A stretch of DNA of 64,000 bases from Octopus vulgaris (GCA_951406725.2 OX597837.1:37572001-37636000); one strand, 5' to 3'. Shown: positions 41,047 through 53,709, counted from the stretch's first letter. Made by a program: numbers and translations. Notes: generated by a model from the letters alone, not told the origin.

Positions 41047-41607
41047 TAATTCTTTTTATTGGCCACAAGGGCTGACACACATGATTAGTAAACATAAAGG
41101 GACAAAACAGGACGAAGGGTTACAAAGGGTTTTGTCCGTTTGTGAAAAAATCCGAGTAAAAACAGTTTAACAACGAAAGATTATAACAATGGAAATCTCC
41201 CAAAAGGGGGAGGCGTTACGAAAAGGTTCCTGGTGGAAAAAACCCATAAAAGCCAACGGGAGCCTGGTCAAAAAAAGTGGGGTAGAGAGCCCCTTTCTCC
41301 TTTTATAAAACCTTTTTGAATTACAGGCGAAACTTGAGAATTGGTCCATTTATACTGGCCATTCTTGCACAATTCACCCACCTTAATAATAATCTTTTCT
41401 ACTACAGGCACAAGGCCTGAAATTTGTGGGGAGGTGACTAGTCAATTACATCGACCCCAGTGTTTCACTGGTACTTAATTTATCAACCCCTGAAAGGATA
41501 AATGGCAGAGTTGACCTCAGCGGAATTTGAACTCAGAATGTAAAGACTGATGAAAATACTGCTAAGCATTTTGTCCAGCGTGTTAACAATTCTGCCAGCT
41601 CGCTGCC

Positions 41608-41644
<37 letters not shown>

Positions 41645-42727
41645 TCTTTTCTACTCTAGGCACAAGGCCCAAAATTTTGGGGAAGGGGGCCAGTTGAGTA
41701 CATCGACCCTAGTATGCAACTGGTACTTAATTTATCAACCCCCTGAAAGGATAAATGACAAAGTCGACCTCAGCGGAATTTGAACCCAGAATGTAAAGAC
41801 ATGAAATACCGCTAAGCATTTCGTCCACTGTGCTAATGATTCTGCCAACTCACTGCCTTAATAATAATAACATTGATAATAATCTTTTCTACTCTAGACA
41901 CAAGGCCCGAAATTTTGGGGGAGGGGTCCAGTTGACTACATTGACCCTAGTATGCAACTGGTACTTAATTTATTGACCCCTGAAAGGATGAATGACAAAG
42001 TCGACCTCAGCGGAATTTGAACCCAGAATGTAAAGACATGAAATACCGCTAAGCATTTCGTCCACTGTGCTAATGATTCTGCCAACTCACTGCCTTAATA
42101 ATAATAACATTGATAATAATAATAATAATAATAATTTCTTCTAATTTAAAATTATTTTTTTTGGCTTCTAAAATAATCAGAGTAATATTGTATTGCTTGG
42201 AAACTGGGTTTATGATTAGAAATATTTGCTCTCTCTCCCCAAGAGACCGCCCGACTATCTCTCTCTCTCTCTCTCTCTCTCATACACTCACGTGAACAAA
42301 ATCTGCATAGCATAAAAATAAACACCAATAAAATGTGTACGTTGGTATTAGTAGCAGTTGTATAACTGTGTTACTTGCTTATTATTGCACCGATTCCATA
42401 GAGCTAGAAGTATTTGGTCAGGATGAATGTGTGTGTGTGGTTGGAGAGGTTAGTATTTACTAGCTTCAGAAATACATATACATCATCATCTTCATCCTTT
42501 GAACATGTTCACTTTTCCATGTTTGCGTGGGTTGGGCAGAGTTTATTGAAGCGTATTTTTCTACGGCTGGATGCCCTTCCTGTTGCCAACCCTCACCTCA
42601 TTCCAAGCGAAGTAATATTTTCCCCATGGATGGACATGTTCTCAAAACAAGGAGACACGAGTACAAAAACACAGACATATGCATATGTATGTGTGTGTGT
42701 ATATATTCTTTACTCTTTTACTTGTTT

Positions 42728-42768
<41 letters not shown>

Positions 42769-42811
42769 GTGGTTGTCTACTCCTTATGCAGAGTTTGACC
42801 ACCTCCTGTAC

Positions 42812-43310
42812 CTACACCTTAGAATCATCATGGTATCCAGTATGGCTTTTCAAACCAGACAATGTTCTGAAAAGATACCCACATAGATTGCACCTCTGAT
42901 ATGGACCACCAAGAGCTGCAAATAAGTTCTGATCTTTGTGGATCTTAAAATGTCTTTTGAGGCCTCCGTTACATTTGCAAACCTTCTGGCATACATTGCA
43001 TTCAAATGTGTGCACAGACATATAGGCAGAATAGTTGGTGGTGGTTCGTTTATCAGTTCGTGTTGCAAGATTTCTGATGTGAAATCATGTGTTGATATTG
43101 TATTTTGGGATGGTCATTTTCTTTTTTGCCAAATAAACACACACACTGTATATTTGTTCTTCACTCATTTTTTACTCTTCTTATTTTTTTTTTTTATCTT
43201 AACTCATATCCATTGTCTGGAAATCTTTCGTCACACATCTATAACTTCTTCAGCAGCACTTTACATCTTCGTGTGTGTTCTAACTCCACTTACTCCATTC
43301 TGACCATCCC
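42812..43310 (-). mobile_element. Decayed LINE (RTE-like) C-terminus with two C2H2 zinc-finger motifs
   Basis: CNVCQKVCKCNGGLKRHFKIH and CNLCGYLFRTLSGLKSHTGYH; no TGEKP linker; upstream frame broken by stops. Confidence 0.5.
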
Positions 43311-44848
43311 GAAATGCAAAAGATATATATATATATAATGCTTTTATGCACCACAAACTGAAGAAATGACAGTGGACCGGGAGTTGGGGCAATTTGCTGT
43401 GCTTGCAAGGAAGACGTGTCATCCATACATAGAAGGTTTGTCCTTTGCAGATACTTGTGCCATGTAAATTGCACTCATGCCAGTGCTGCGTAAACATGCC
43501 AGTGCTGCATAAACACGCCTGTGCTGGTGGCACGTAAAAAGCACCCACCATACTCTGTAAAGTGGTTGGTGTTAGGAAGGGCATCCAGCTGTAGAAACCA
43601 TTCTACAACAGACAATTGGAGTCAGGACAGCTCCCTGGCTGGACACATCCCAGGCTGACCAACTCCTGTTAAACCATCCACCCCATGCCAAGGCAGCGAG
43701 CTGGCAGAATGGTTAGCACGCCGGGTGAAATGCTTAGCGGTATTTCGTCTGCCGTTATGTTCTGAGTTCAAATTCTGCTGAGGTCGACTTTACCTTTCAC
43801 GCACTGGGGTCAATATATTTGACTTAATCCATTTGTCTGTCCTTGTTCGTCCCCTCTGTGTTAAGCCCCTTGTGGGTAGTAAAGAAATAGGTATTTCGTC
43901 TGCCTCTATGTTCTGAGTTCAAATTCTGCTGAGGTTGACTTTGCCTTTCATCCTTTCGGGGTCGATAAATTAAGTACCAGTTACGCACTGGGGTTGATGT
44001 AATCAACTTAATCCCTTTGTCTGTCCTTGTTTGTCCCCTCTATGTTTAGCCCCTTTTGGGCAATAAAGAAGTAAGAACCCATGCCAGCATGGAAAAAATA
44101 GGTGTTAAACGATGATGATGAATCCTTATGAGAGATTCTCTCAAGGTAAATAACACTGTAACCTGTGTTCTAACGTAACCTCTATATTTAGTTGGATATC
44201 AAGATTACCTTTTTGGCATTAATACTGATTCTGCCACTATTAATTATCATCATCATCATCATCATTACTATTATTCTTATTATTTAAGGTAGAGAGCTGG
44301 CAGAATCGTTAGCATGCTGGGTTTAGTATTTCACCTGCTGCTACATTCTGAGTTCGAATTCCACTGAGGTCAGCTTTGCCTTTCATCCTTTCAAGGTTGA
44401 TAAAATAAATACCAGTTGAACACTAGGGGGTTGATGTAATCGACTTAATCCCTATCCCCAAATTGCTGCTCTTGTGGCAAAATTTGAAACCATATTTATT
44501 TTATAATATATTAAGTAGCTTGCTTGCCAACCACATGGTTCGGGCTGACCAAAGCCTTGTGAGTGGATTTGGTAGATGGAAACTGAAAGAAGCCTGTTGT
44601 ATGTATGTATATATGTTTGTACCGCCATCACTTGACAACCGAAGTTGATGTGTTTACGTCCCCGTAACTTAGTGGTTCAGCAAAAGAGACCGATAGAATA
44701 AGTACTAGGCTTACAAAGAATAAGTCCTGGGAGTGATTTGTTTGATTAAAGGTGGTATTCCAGCATGGCCACAGTCAAATGACTGAAACAAATAAAAGAA
44801 TATATATGCACATATGTATATGTACATATGTATATGTATATTATGTAA

Positions 44849-44896
<48 letters not shown>

Positions 44897-44919
44897 ATAT
44901 ATATATGTGTGTGTGTGTG

Positions 44920-44950
<31 letters not shown>

Positions 44951-45821
44951 ATATATGTGTGTGTGTGTGTGTGTATATATATATGTGTGTATATATGTGT
45001 GTATATATATGTGTGTGTATATATACATGTGTGTGTGTACATATATATGTGTATGTATATATGTATTATGTGTATACATATATGTGTATGTATAAATGTA
45101 TTATGTGTATATATATATGTGTGTTTGTGTATATATATATGTGTGTGTGTATGTATATATGTATTATGTGTGTGTATATATGTATATATATATTGTAGTT
45201 ATATGATATGGCAGTAGTGAGATGCCTTATGGATGGATGGATGCTGGTTGGTATGAGTATCTTGGCAACAACCAGTTGTTTTAAGTTAGAAGTTGTCAGC
45301 AGAACTCTGAATCACATGACGGGTGTGTGTGTGGGAGGAGGAGGAGGCGAGGGGGGATGGTGGAATGATGGATGAGGAACTGTTGGACAGGTGGCAGGAG
45401 GCGCGGGTGGGGTGGGGTGGATGGTGGAAAAACACATGATATGAACCTGGTGATGGTGGAAGAAGAAGGGGAAGCGGAGGATGAGGAGGGCAGTGGAGAA
45501 TTTGTTTGTGGTGGGTGCAAGGGTGTGAAGAGCTGACGGAGGTGATCTAGCAGTGCACCTATTGCCAATGTGCATATATGGCCGTCTTCCCCACCACCTT
45601 CTCTCTCCCCCTCTCTCTCTCTCTCTCCTGTATTGCATGTTTCTGCACCTCCCTCCCTCTCTCCCATTCTGCCTCTTCTACTATCCCTCTCTGTCCTCAT
45701 TCTTTTTCCTCACTATCTCTTCCTTCCTCCACTTCTCTCTGCTGTCTCTCTTACTTTCTCTTTCACTTTGTCGTTATTCATTCTTTTCCGTCTCTCTCTC
45801 TCTCACTTTCTCTCTAGTTAT

Positions 45822-46458
45822 ACATCTATCTGTCTGTCTAACTATCTATCTTTGTTTGTCTGCCAGTCTATCTATATCTTTCTGTCTATATCTATCTATC
45901 TATATCTGCCTCTGTCTGTCTATCTATATCTAGCTGTCTGTCTATCTATGTCTGTCTATCTATCTATCTATCTATGTCTGTCTATCTATCTATATCTAGC
46001 TGTCTATCTATATCTAGCTGTCTGTCTGTATCTATCTGTCTGTCTATATCTTTCTGTCTATCTATATCTATCTGTCTGTCTATCTATCTATCTATGTCTA
46101 TCTATCTATCTATCTATGTCTATCTATATCTAGCTGTCTGTCTATATCTATCTGTCTGTCTATATCTTTCTGTCTATCTATATCTATCTGTCTGTCTATA
46201 TCTTTCTGTCTATCTATCTGCCTGTCTATCTATCTGTCTATCTATCTATCTATGTCTTTCTATCTATCTATCTGTCTATCTATATCTAGCTGTCTGTCTA
46301 TATCTATCTGTCTGTCTATCTATATCTAGCTGTCTGTCTATATTTTTCTGTCTGTCTATCTCTGTCTTGAAAAGTTTGTCTATCTGTATCTATCTAACTA
46401 TCTATATCTGTCTATCTATCTACATCTACCTGTCTGTCTATCTGTGTCTGTCTGTCTA
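45822..46458. repeat. (TATC/TGTC)n tetranucleotide field
   Basis: Direct inspection. Confidence 0.9.
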
Positions 46459-47384
46459 ACTAGCACTTTTTTTTATCCATCCACCCACTTTCCTATCTAC
46501 CTGTGTGTGTCTCTCTCTCTCTCTCTCTCATGTGATAACACTTTAAAGACTCTTTGATACAAACATATTGATACTCTATCTACATAAATCAATATCTTTT
46601 ATCACTAGCCGTCTCTGTCTGCCCCTCTCTGTTCACCGATGCCTTTCCTCTGACTGCCACCCTTCCTGGCCACTACAATAATTTATTGAAACATTGTTGC
46701 TGAGCTGAAACTGGTGGTAGTAGTAGTAGTAGTAGTAGTTGTGGTGATGGTAGTAGTAGCTATTGTAGCAATGGCTTTAGTGATAGTAATAGCAATAGTA
46801 CAGCAGTGGTGGTCATGGTACCAATAGCATGCTAGGATTGGTCGTGGTGTTAGTGGTGGCTATAGTACTGTTAGTAGTGGTGTTAGTAGAAATAAAGCTA
46901 GTTCAAGTGGTAGTAGGTGCTACAGTAGTGTTGTAGAAGTATTATTATGTTTGTCTTTGTATTGTCCCTCATAGTTTGCCCTTGAGGCAAATAAATGAAA
47001 TTTATTTTATAATATATTAAGTAGCTTGCATACCAACTATATGGTTCTGGTTCAGTTCCCACTGTGTGGCAACTTGGGCAAGTGTCTTCTACTATAGCCT
47101 CATGTCACCCAAAGCCTTGTGAGTGGATTTGGTAGATGGAATTACTATTATTAAAAAGATGGCAAGCTGGTAGAATTGTTAGCACGCCGGGTGAAATGCT
47201 TATCGGTATTTTGTCTGCCGCTACGTTCAGAGTTCAAATTCCGCCAATGAAGACTTTGCTTTTCATCCTTTCGGGGCCATTATTATTATTATTGTTATCA
47301 TTACAAGTGAGTGAGACGTTTTGTGATTTGCTGTGCTTGAGAAGACATGACAGGCTGAGTGAAATTGTAGTCATGGCCAGTGCT

Positions 47385-47945
47385 GAAGACATGTGCAAGG
47401 CACCTGTGCCAGTGACGTGTGAGGCACCTGTGCCAGTGACGTGTGAGGCACCTGTGCCAGTGACATGTGTGAGGCACCTGTGCCAGTGACATGTGTGAGG
47501 CACCTGTGCCAGTGACATGCGTGAGGCACCTGTGCCAGTGACATGCGTGAGGCACCTGTGCCAGTGATGTGTGAGGCACCTGTGCTAGTGACATGCGTGA
47601 GGCATTTGTGTCAGTGACATGCGTGAGGCACCTGTGGAAGTGACATGCGTGAGGCACCTGTGGAAGTGACATGCGTGAGGCACCTGTGACAGTGACATGT
47701 GTGAGGCACCTGTGGCTGTGACACTTGTGCCAGTGATGTGTGAGGCAAACATACTGGTGACGTGTGGGGCACCAGTGCCAGTGATGCATGTGGAGCACCC
47801 ATGCTGGTGCCACATGCCAGTACAGTACCTGTGCTGGTGATGCATGTGAAGCATCCATGGTGGTGACGTGTGTGAAGCAGCCATCCATACAAGTGACATG
47901 TGTGAGGTGCCGGTGACACATGTGAGGCGCCCATGATGGTGACAC
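47385..47945. repeat. Minisatellite, 24-26-bp unit GAGGCACCTGTGCCAGTGACATGCGT, decaying to the right
   Basis: Direct inspection. Confidence 0.9.
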
Positions 47946-48964
47946 GTTTCTAGCAAGGCGAGTAACCACATATAAGCTCCTTTGTTGGCTCACTGCTGGT
48001 AGGAGGTGATGGAACTAGTAATAGTAGTCGTAGTAGTAGTAGTAGTCATTGATTTTTTGTCATGCTTTTAGGCTTAATCCTTTAGCATCTGAACTGGCCG
48101 TATCCGGCCCAAATATCTGACCTGTTTTATGTTCTGACCAGCCAGATCCAGCCTATCACACTTACCCTTCAATGCCATTCTACAAATATACAATCACATC
48201 ATAATCAAAATTTCGAAGTTACAAAGTAAGGCATGATTAATTAAAAACGTAAATGAATGAAAAAAAGCATTACATTTGACTGAGTAATCTGAATGCCAAG
48301 CGGTTAATTAATTACTGGGTGATTGGTGGTAGTGGAGGTGGTGGAGGTGACAGTTGCAATAGTGGTATGTGTATAAGCAATGGATTTGGTCTGTGGAAGC
48401 GTTAATATTTTATGTCTAATATAAAGTGTTGTTATGTGTGATGGTGGTGGTACTGGTCACTGTGGTGGCAGTAGTAACAATGGTTGTTTGTTGCTTTTGT
48501 CATACCAGTAAGTTTAATTAGTTGTTGTTGTTGGTGGTGGTGGTGGGGAGGGGTGTAGTTGTATTTATAGTCCCTGTGCTGTAGTAATTGAGATGGTGGC
48601 TATAGGTGTAATAATATTAATAGTTATTTCGGTAAAGAAGATGATGAATAGTAAGCAATGATGATGATGGTGATGGTTTTAGTGTCTGTGATGGCAGTGA
48701 TGGTGATGGTATGATGAATTAAACTATTCATTAAGATATAGGTTAGGGCCATGGTTCAGTCCATTCATTAGTGTGGGGGAGAAAATACTTTGCAATATTT
48801 ATTGTGGTTGTAAGGTGGGGATGAACCGGCAAAGTCGTTAGCACACTGGGTGAAATGGTTAGTGGCATTTTGTCCAGCTTTACATCCTGAGTTCAAATTT
48901 CAGTGAAGTCGACTTTCAGGGTCAATAAAATAAAGTACCAATGGTGCACTAGGGTTTATATACA

Positions 48965-49193
48965 TTTCTTTACTACCCACAAGGGGCTAAACATAGAGGG
49001 GACAAGCAAGGACAGACAAACGGATTAAGTAGATTACATCAACTCCAATGCGAAACTGGTACTTAATTTATTGACCCCAAAAGGATGAAAGGCAAAGTCG
49101 ACCTCGGCGGAATTTGAACTCAGAACGTAACGACAGACGAAATACCACTAAGCATTTCGCCCGGCGTGCTAACGTTTCTGCCAGCTCGCCGCC
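48965..49193 (-). mobile_element. SINE family B monomer
   Basis: Reverse complement of the 7462-7692 element. Confidence 0.85.
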
Positions 49194-50200
49194 TTAAATT
49201 ATATAAACTAGGGTTTATATAATTGACTTACTCTCTACCCAAAATTACTGATCCTTAGGCCCAAATTTGAAACGAATATTTGTTGTGGTTGGACTTAAGA
49301 CATGTAGTGGAAATGTCGGTTGTGGTTGATGGTTATGGTAATAGTTACTGCAAGTGGCGTTTTCTTTTTCTGTAAATTTTAAGGTGGTCTCAAGCAGTTT
49401 GATATCAAAAGGGTTAAAGAGTTAATCTACTAAAAGTACCACTGACCGCTAAAGGTACCATTCACATTTAAAGGTAGCAATTCACAGGATATTTATTGTA
49501 GAAACATCAAGTAATAATTGCTGTTTGTTCCTTCTTGAGCCATGCCTGGCTCGTAAGGGTTGGTTTCCCGGTTTCATTGGTGTATAGGTTCCCCACCTGG
49601 ACGGGACACTGGTCTGTCGCAGGTGAACTGCTAGATGCAGGAGGAAAGAGTGAGAGGAGGTTGTGGCGAATGAGTCAGCAGAAGTTCGCCATTATCTTCT
49701 GCCGGAGCCGCGTGGAGCTTAGGTGTTTCAATCATAAACATGCACACATCACCCGGTCTGAGATTTGAACCCACAATCCCTTGACTGCAAGTCTGCTGCT
49801 CTAACCACTAGGCCATATGTGCCTCCACGAATGTTTCCTTCTCGAGCTATGCCAGGCTCATAAGGGCCAGTTTCCCAGTTTCAGTGGCCTGTAAATTCCC
49901 CCACCTGGACGGGATGTTGGTTCATCACAAGGTTACTCACTTTTGCCAGCTGAGTGGACTGGAGCAACGTGAAATGAAGTGTTTTGCTCAAGAACACAGC
50001 ACATTGCCCGGTCCAGGAATTGAAATCACAATCTTACGATCATGAGTCCAACACCCTAACCACCAAGCTATGCACCTCCACATTATAATTACAGTCCCTC
50101 ATGTAAATTTAATCATATCTGTTGTTATGCTACATAATCTAACATTTCTTACATAAAATCATAACAATGTTTGTCTTTTTTGTGGCAGGCACAGACCAAC

Positions 50201-50331
50201 ATGTCGTCGGTACGAGATATTCCACAGACTCAGGCTGTTAACAATGCTGCTTTGGCTGGTTCTCCCGCCTCTCAGCACAGGTTCCTCATCCCTAGTCCAA
50301 TTCCGACCAGACGTAGTCGTACCTATTCAGC
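50201..50331 (+). CDS. CARHSP1: Calcium-regulated heat-stable protein 1 / CSDC2 family cold-shock-domain protein, coding exon 1
   Basis: ATG at 50201, preceded by an acceptor (tttttgtggcag, exon starts 50189). Translates MSSVRDIPQTQAVNNAALAGSPASQHRFLIPSPIPTRRSRTYS, matching the family motif PSPLPTRRTRTFS with an RxRxxS kinase site. Phase-2 donor GC|gtgagt at 50332. Confidence 0.93.
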
Positions 50332-50535
50332 GTGAGTACCTATTTGTGTACCTTGTATACTGTACCTTGATTACATCAAGGTACCTTGTTGTTCCTAGAA
50401 CCACACCTAATTGTATATGTTATTGAATTTTGTTGCTTACCTTGTTAGACATCTCATTGGGCACTTGGTGACCATTTGAACTACAAATTGAAGTAATCTT
50501 AAAGCAAATTGAAATGGACTTGAGGTGAGTTTGTG

Positions 50536-51000
50536 AGCTGACTCGATGCGATTTTTTGGGAGCTGACTCGATGCGATTTTTTGGGAGCTGACTCGATGCG
50601 ATTTTTTGGGAGCTGACTCGAGGTGATTTTTTGGGAGCTGACTCGAGGCGATTTTTTGGGAGCTGACTCGAGGTGATTTTTTGGGAGCTGACTCGAGGTG
50701 ATTTTTTGGGAGCTGACTCGAGGTGATTTTTTGGGAGCTGACTCGAGGCGATTTTTTGGGAGCTGACTCGAGGCGATTTTTTGGGAGCTGACTCGAGGCG
50801 ATTTTGCCAACTGACCCGAGGCGAGTTTGCGAACTGACCCGAGGAGAGTTTGCGAACTGACCCGAGGAGAGTTTGCGAACTGACTCGAGGCAAGCTTGCG
50901 AACTGACTCGAGGCGAGCTTGCGAACTGACTCGAGGCGAGCTTGCGAACTGACTCGAGGCGAGCCCGCCAACTGACTCGAGGCGAGTTCATGAACTGACT
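50536..51000. repeat. CpG-rich intronic minisatellite: 11 x 25 bp then about 8-9 x 23 bp
   Basis: AGCTGACTCGAGGCGATTTTTTGGG with period 25 from 50536; AACTGACTCGAGGCGAGCTTGCG with period 23 from 50809. Confidence 0.95.
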
Positions 51001-51198
51001 GAAAGGCTGATGAATGACGAGGAAGATGATGGGAATAAGATACGATTGGATGATAATAAAAAAAAGATGGAGTAAAAGGTGTTACATCCCTTTCTGTGCC
51101 CCTGTGTTTGCCCCAGGCTTCAGGATTTGAAGAATTATTTCATTGGATTGATTGATTGACTGATTGGTTATTGATACATGTTTTGGTTTGAATTTCAG

Positions 51199-51324
51199 AT
51201 CCGAAAGAGCAAAATGTGGTCCAACTGTTCGAGGTAAAGTGAAAGAATTCTGTCGAGAAAAGGGTCATGGTTTTATTCAACCTGAAGATCCTTCAAGTGT
51301 TTCATTGTTTGTTCATATTTCTGA
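51199..51324 (+). CDS. CARHSP1: CARHSP1/CSDC2 coding exon 2 (N-terminal half of the cold-shock domain)
   Basis: Acceptor tttcag| and donor GA|gtgagt; 126 nt, phase-consistent. Translates (A)SERAKCGPTVRGKVKEFCREKGHGFIQPEDPSSVSLFVHIS(D), with RNP1-like KGHGFI and RNP2-like LFVHIS. Confidence 0.95.
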
Positions 51325-52207
51325 GTGAGTATTTTGGTTTGTCTAAATCATTATCTATATCAGGGATTTGCAAAGTGGTCAATATTGACCCCTAGGGCTG
51401 ATAAATGATTTTAACCATTAAGGGTACTGAATTTTTACAAAAACTGTACCTGGAAGAGTGGGGGTAATTCAAGGCTAAAACTCATTAATTTCCACCCAAA
51501 TATTGATGCAATATTAACGGGATAGTCACCAAACATATTTCACATTAAATATCAGAATATACTAATACAATATTACTGAATTTTTCTTAACATTCAGGGA
51601 TTGTTTAAACTAAGGGAACAACAGAGTGGCCAGTATTGACCCCTAGAGGTCAGTGTGGCTACCCCAGGGATCAATAAAAGAGTTGAAACAATTTTTAAGC
51701 CTTAAGGGTATTGAATTATTGGTGAACTGAATCTGGAATAGTGGGCAATTTATGACTAAAACTTTCTAATTTTCAATCAAATATCAATATTAATATTTGC
51801 TGTATTCATATTTCACATTAATTATTCTGACAATCTCATCATCATCATCATTTAACGTCCGCTTTCCATGCTAGCATGGGTTGGACGGTTCAACTGGGGT
51901 CTGGGAAGCCCGAAGGCTGCACCAGGCCAGTCAGATCTGGCGGTGTTTCTACAGCTGGATGCCCTTCCTAACGCCAACCACTCCGTGAGTGTAGTGGGTG
52001 CTTTTTATGTGCCACCGACACAGAGGCCAGGCTAGGCTGGCATGGCCACGATCGGATGGTGTTTGTTGGTTTATGTTTTTCACTGTTTGATTTGCCTAAT
52101 AGTGGTTTTATCTCTAATTTAATTTAATTTATATTTATACTGTAAAATTAGATTTAATCCTAAAGCTATTTTTTCCCTGTAAGTTTGGATTTACTCCCTA
52201 ATATTAT

Positions 52208-52244
<37 letters not shown>

Positions 52245-52394
52245 AACGCAGGCAGGAAAAAAGAGCACTGCAGTGCCAAGGATCGCTTTACATTGACACT
52301 TGAGGGCATGCTGTCTTCTTACGATATTTGGACACCAAGAAACTGTCATTGTTTTTAGTATAACCATCTGCTTATTAGTTTCTCCCTCTCTCTC

Positions 52395-52750
52395 TTGAAA
52401 AACGATCTCATTCTCGCCCACAACATCATAAGCGGAAAGTGTAACCTCTCGAAAGAGCTGTTCTTCACTCCTGCTCCGGAGCGTCGGCTGCGGGGTCATT
52501 CCGAAAAGCTCTACCTGCGACGATTTCATCTCAATCAAAGGAGAGGAGCTTTCTCCGTCCGGGTTGCAGATCCGTGGAACAAGCTGCCAGACGAGATGGT
52601 GAAGATGCCGACGACCGCTTTGTTCAAAGCCTCCCTGGACCTCAAGTGGCCTGAACTCTTTACATGAACACCACCCTGTACTTAACTCCATGTCCCCTTA
52701 CATGGCCTTGCTATTTGCTTTTGAGCCAAATTAACTAACTAACTAACTAA
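52395..52750 (+). mobile_element. CR1-clade LINE 3' end in CARHSP1 intron, with (AACT)n tail
   Basis: RLRGHSEKLYLRRFHLNQRRGAFSVRVADPWNKLPDEMVKMPTTALFKASLD is the typical CR1 ORF2 C-terminus. Other copies at 15682-15867(-) and 38648-38896(+). Confidence 0.85.
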
Positions 52751-52814
52751 GTCATATCTCATCACCCTTCTTATGCTATATTTTTATATATATATCTATC
52801 TATTTCTGTTTCAG

Positions 52815-53043
52815 TATCGAGGGTGAATATGTTCCCAAAGAAGACGATGAAGTGACCTACAAGGCCATTACCATTCCACCACGCCACGAAAAGCATCAAG
52901 CCGTTCACGTGCAGATTGTGCATCTGGCCCCGGGGGTCAGCCACGAACGCTGGGACTCACCGCTAGTCACCAACTCCAATTGTTCTCCTAGCCACGGTTC
53001 CATTAAAGATCTCCATCCTGCCCAGCATGGCCACACTGAATGA
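52815..53043 (+). CDS. CARHSP1: CARHSP1/CSDC2 coding exon 3 (C-terminal half of the CSD plus extension, stop TGA)
   Basis: Acceptor tttctgtttcag|. Translates (D)IEGEYVPKEDDEVTYKAITIPPRHEKHQAVHVQIVHLAPGVSHERWDSPLVTNSNCSPSHGSIKDLHPAQHGHTE*, matching the family motifs EGEYVP.EGDEVTYK and HLAPG..HE.W. Spliced CDS is 486 nt = 161 aa plus stop. Confidence 0.95.
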
Positions 53044-53063
53044 CTTTTTCCTCTCCATACCTA

Positions 53064-53118
<55 letters not shown>

Positions 53119-53577
53119 TATATACATATATATATGAATTTATGTGTGTGTGTGTCTGTATATATACATATGTACTTGTATATCTAATGATATATGTGTG
53201 TGTGTGTGTGTTTATACACTTTTCATGTGCAACTAAGACACTTGTGTAATATGCATATATCCATGTGCATATATAATACCCTAATTATATAACTAATGTG
53301 CATGTATGTATGTGTATGTATATATCTGTCTCTCTTTCTCTCTATATATCTATATATATATATACACACACATGCATGCACACACAACCATAACCACACA
53401 TGTACATATATACATACCGTATATATATATCAGTGATGTGTATGTATCTATGTGCATGTGTGTATATATATACTGGAGTAAACACATAAATGTGAAACAA
53501 GGTGGAAAAAAAGAGTACTCAAATACCAGAGGTAGAGTAATATGCTTTATTTAAAGCAGCAGAAAATTCAACAAAAC

Positions 53578-53615
53578 CTGTTACTCTGAGTTTCACGTTG
53601 CCGTTCACCGGACAG
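53578..53615 (-). ncRNA. Antisense hammerhead motif copy (A6G, 1-nt stem III loop)
   Basis: Reverse complement reads ctgt-CCGGTGA-acg(gcaa)cgt-GAAA-ctc(a)gag-TA-acag. Confidence 0.55.
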
Positions 53616-53642
53616 TTTTTGCTAGTTTTTTTCTAGCAAAAA

Positions 53643-53683
53643 CTGTCCGATGAACGGCACCGTGAAACTCATCAGAGTAACAG
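53643..53683 (+). ncRNA. Minimal type I hammerhead ribozyme motif (U4C core variant)
   Basis: ctgt-CCGATGA-acg(gcac)cgt-GAAA-ctc(atca)gag-TA-acag: stems I, II and III all pair; predicted cleavage after A53679. Confidence 0.7.
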
Positions 53684-53709
53684 GTTATGTTGAATTTTCT
53701 GCTGCTTCA

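Noticed and set aside
42812-43021. Host C2H2 zinc-finger gene
   Set aside because: Only two fingers, no TGEKP linker and an upstream frame disrupted by stops; better explained as a LINE C-terminus.
47301-47993. 230-aa His/Cys-rich ORF resembling a metal-binding protein
   Set aside because: Translation of a 24-26-bp minisatellite.
50420-50991. SPRVSSQ repeat ORFs, or a CRISPR-like array
   Set aside because: Contiguous tandem minisatellite without unique spacers, inside a eukaryotic intron; no cas genes.
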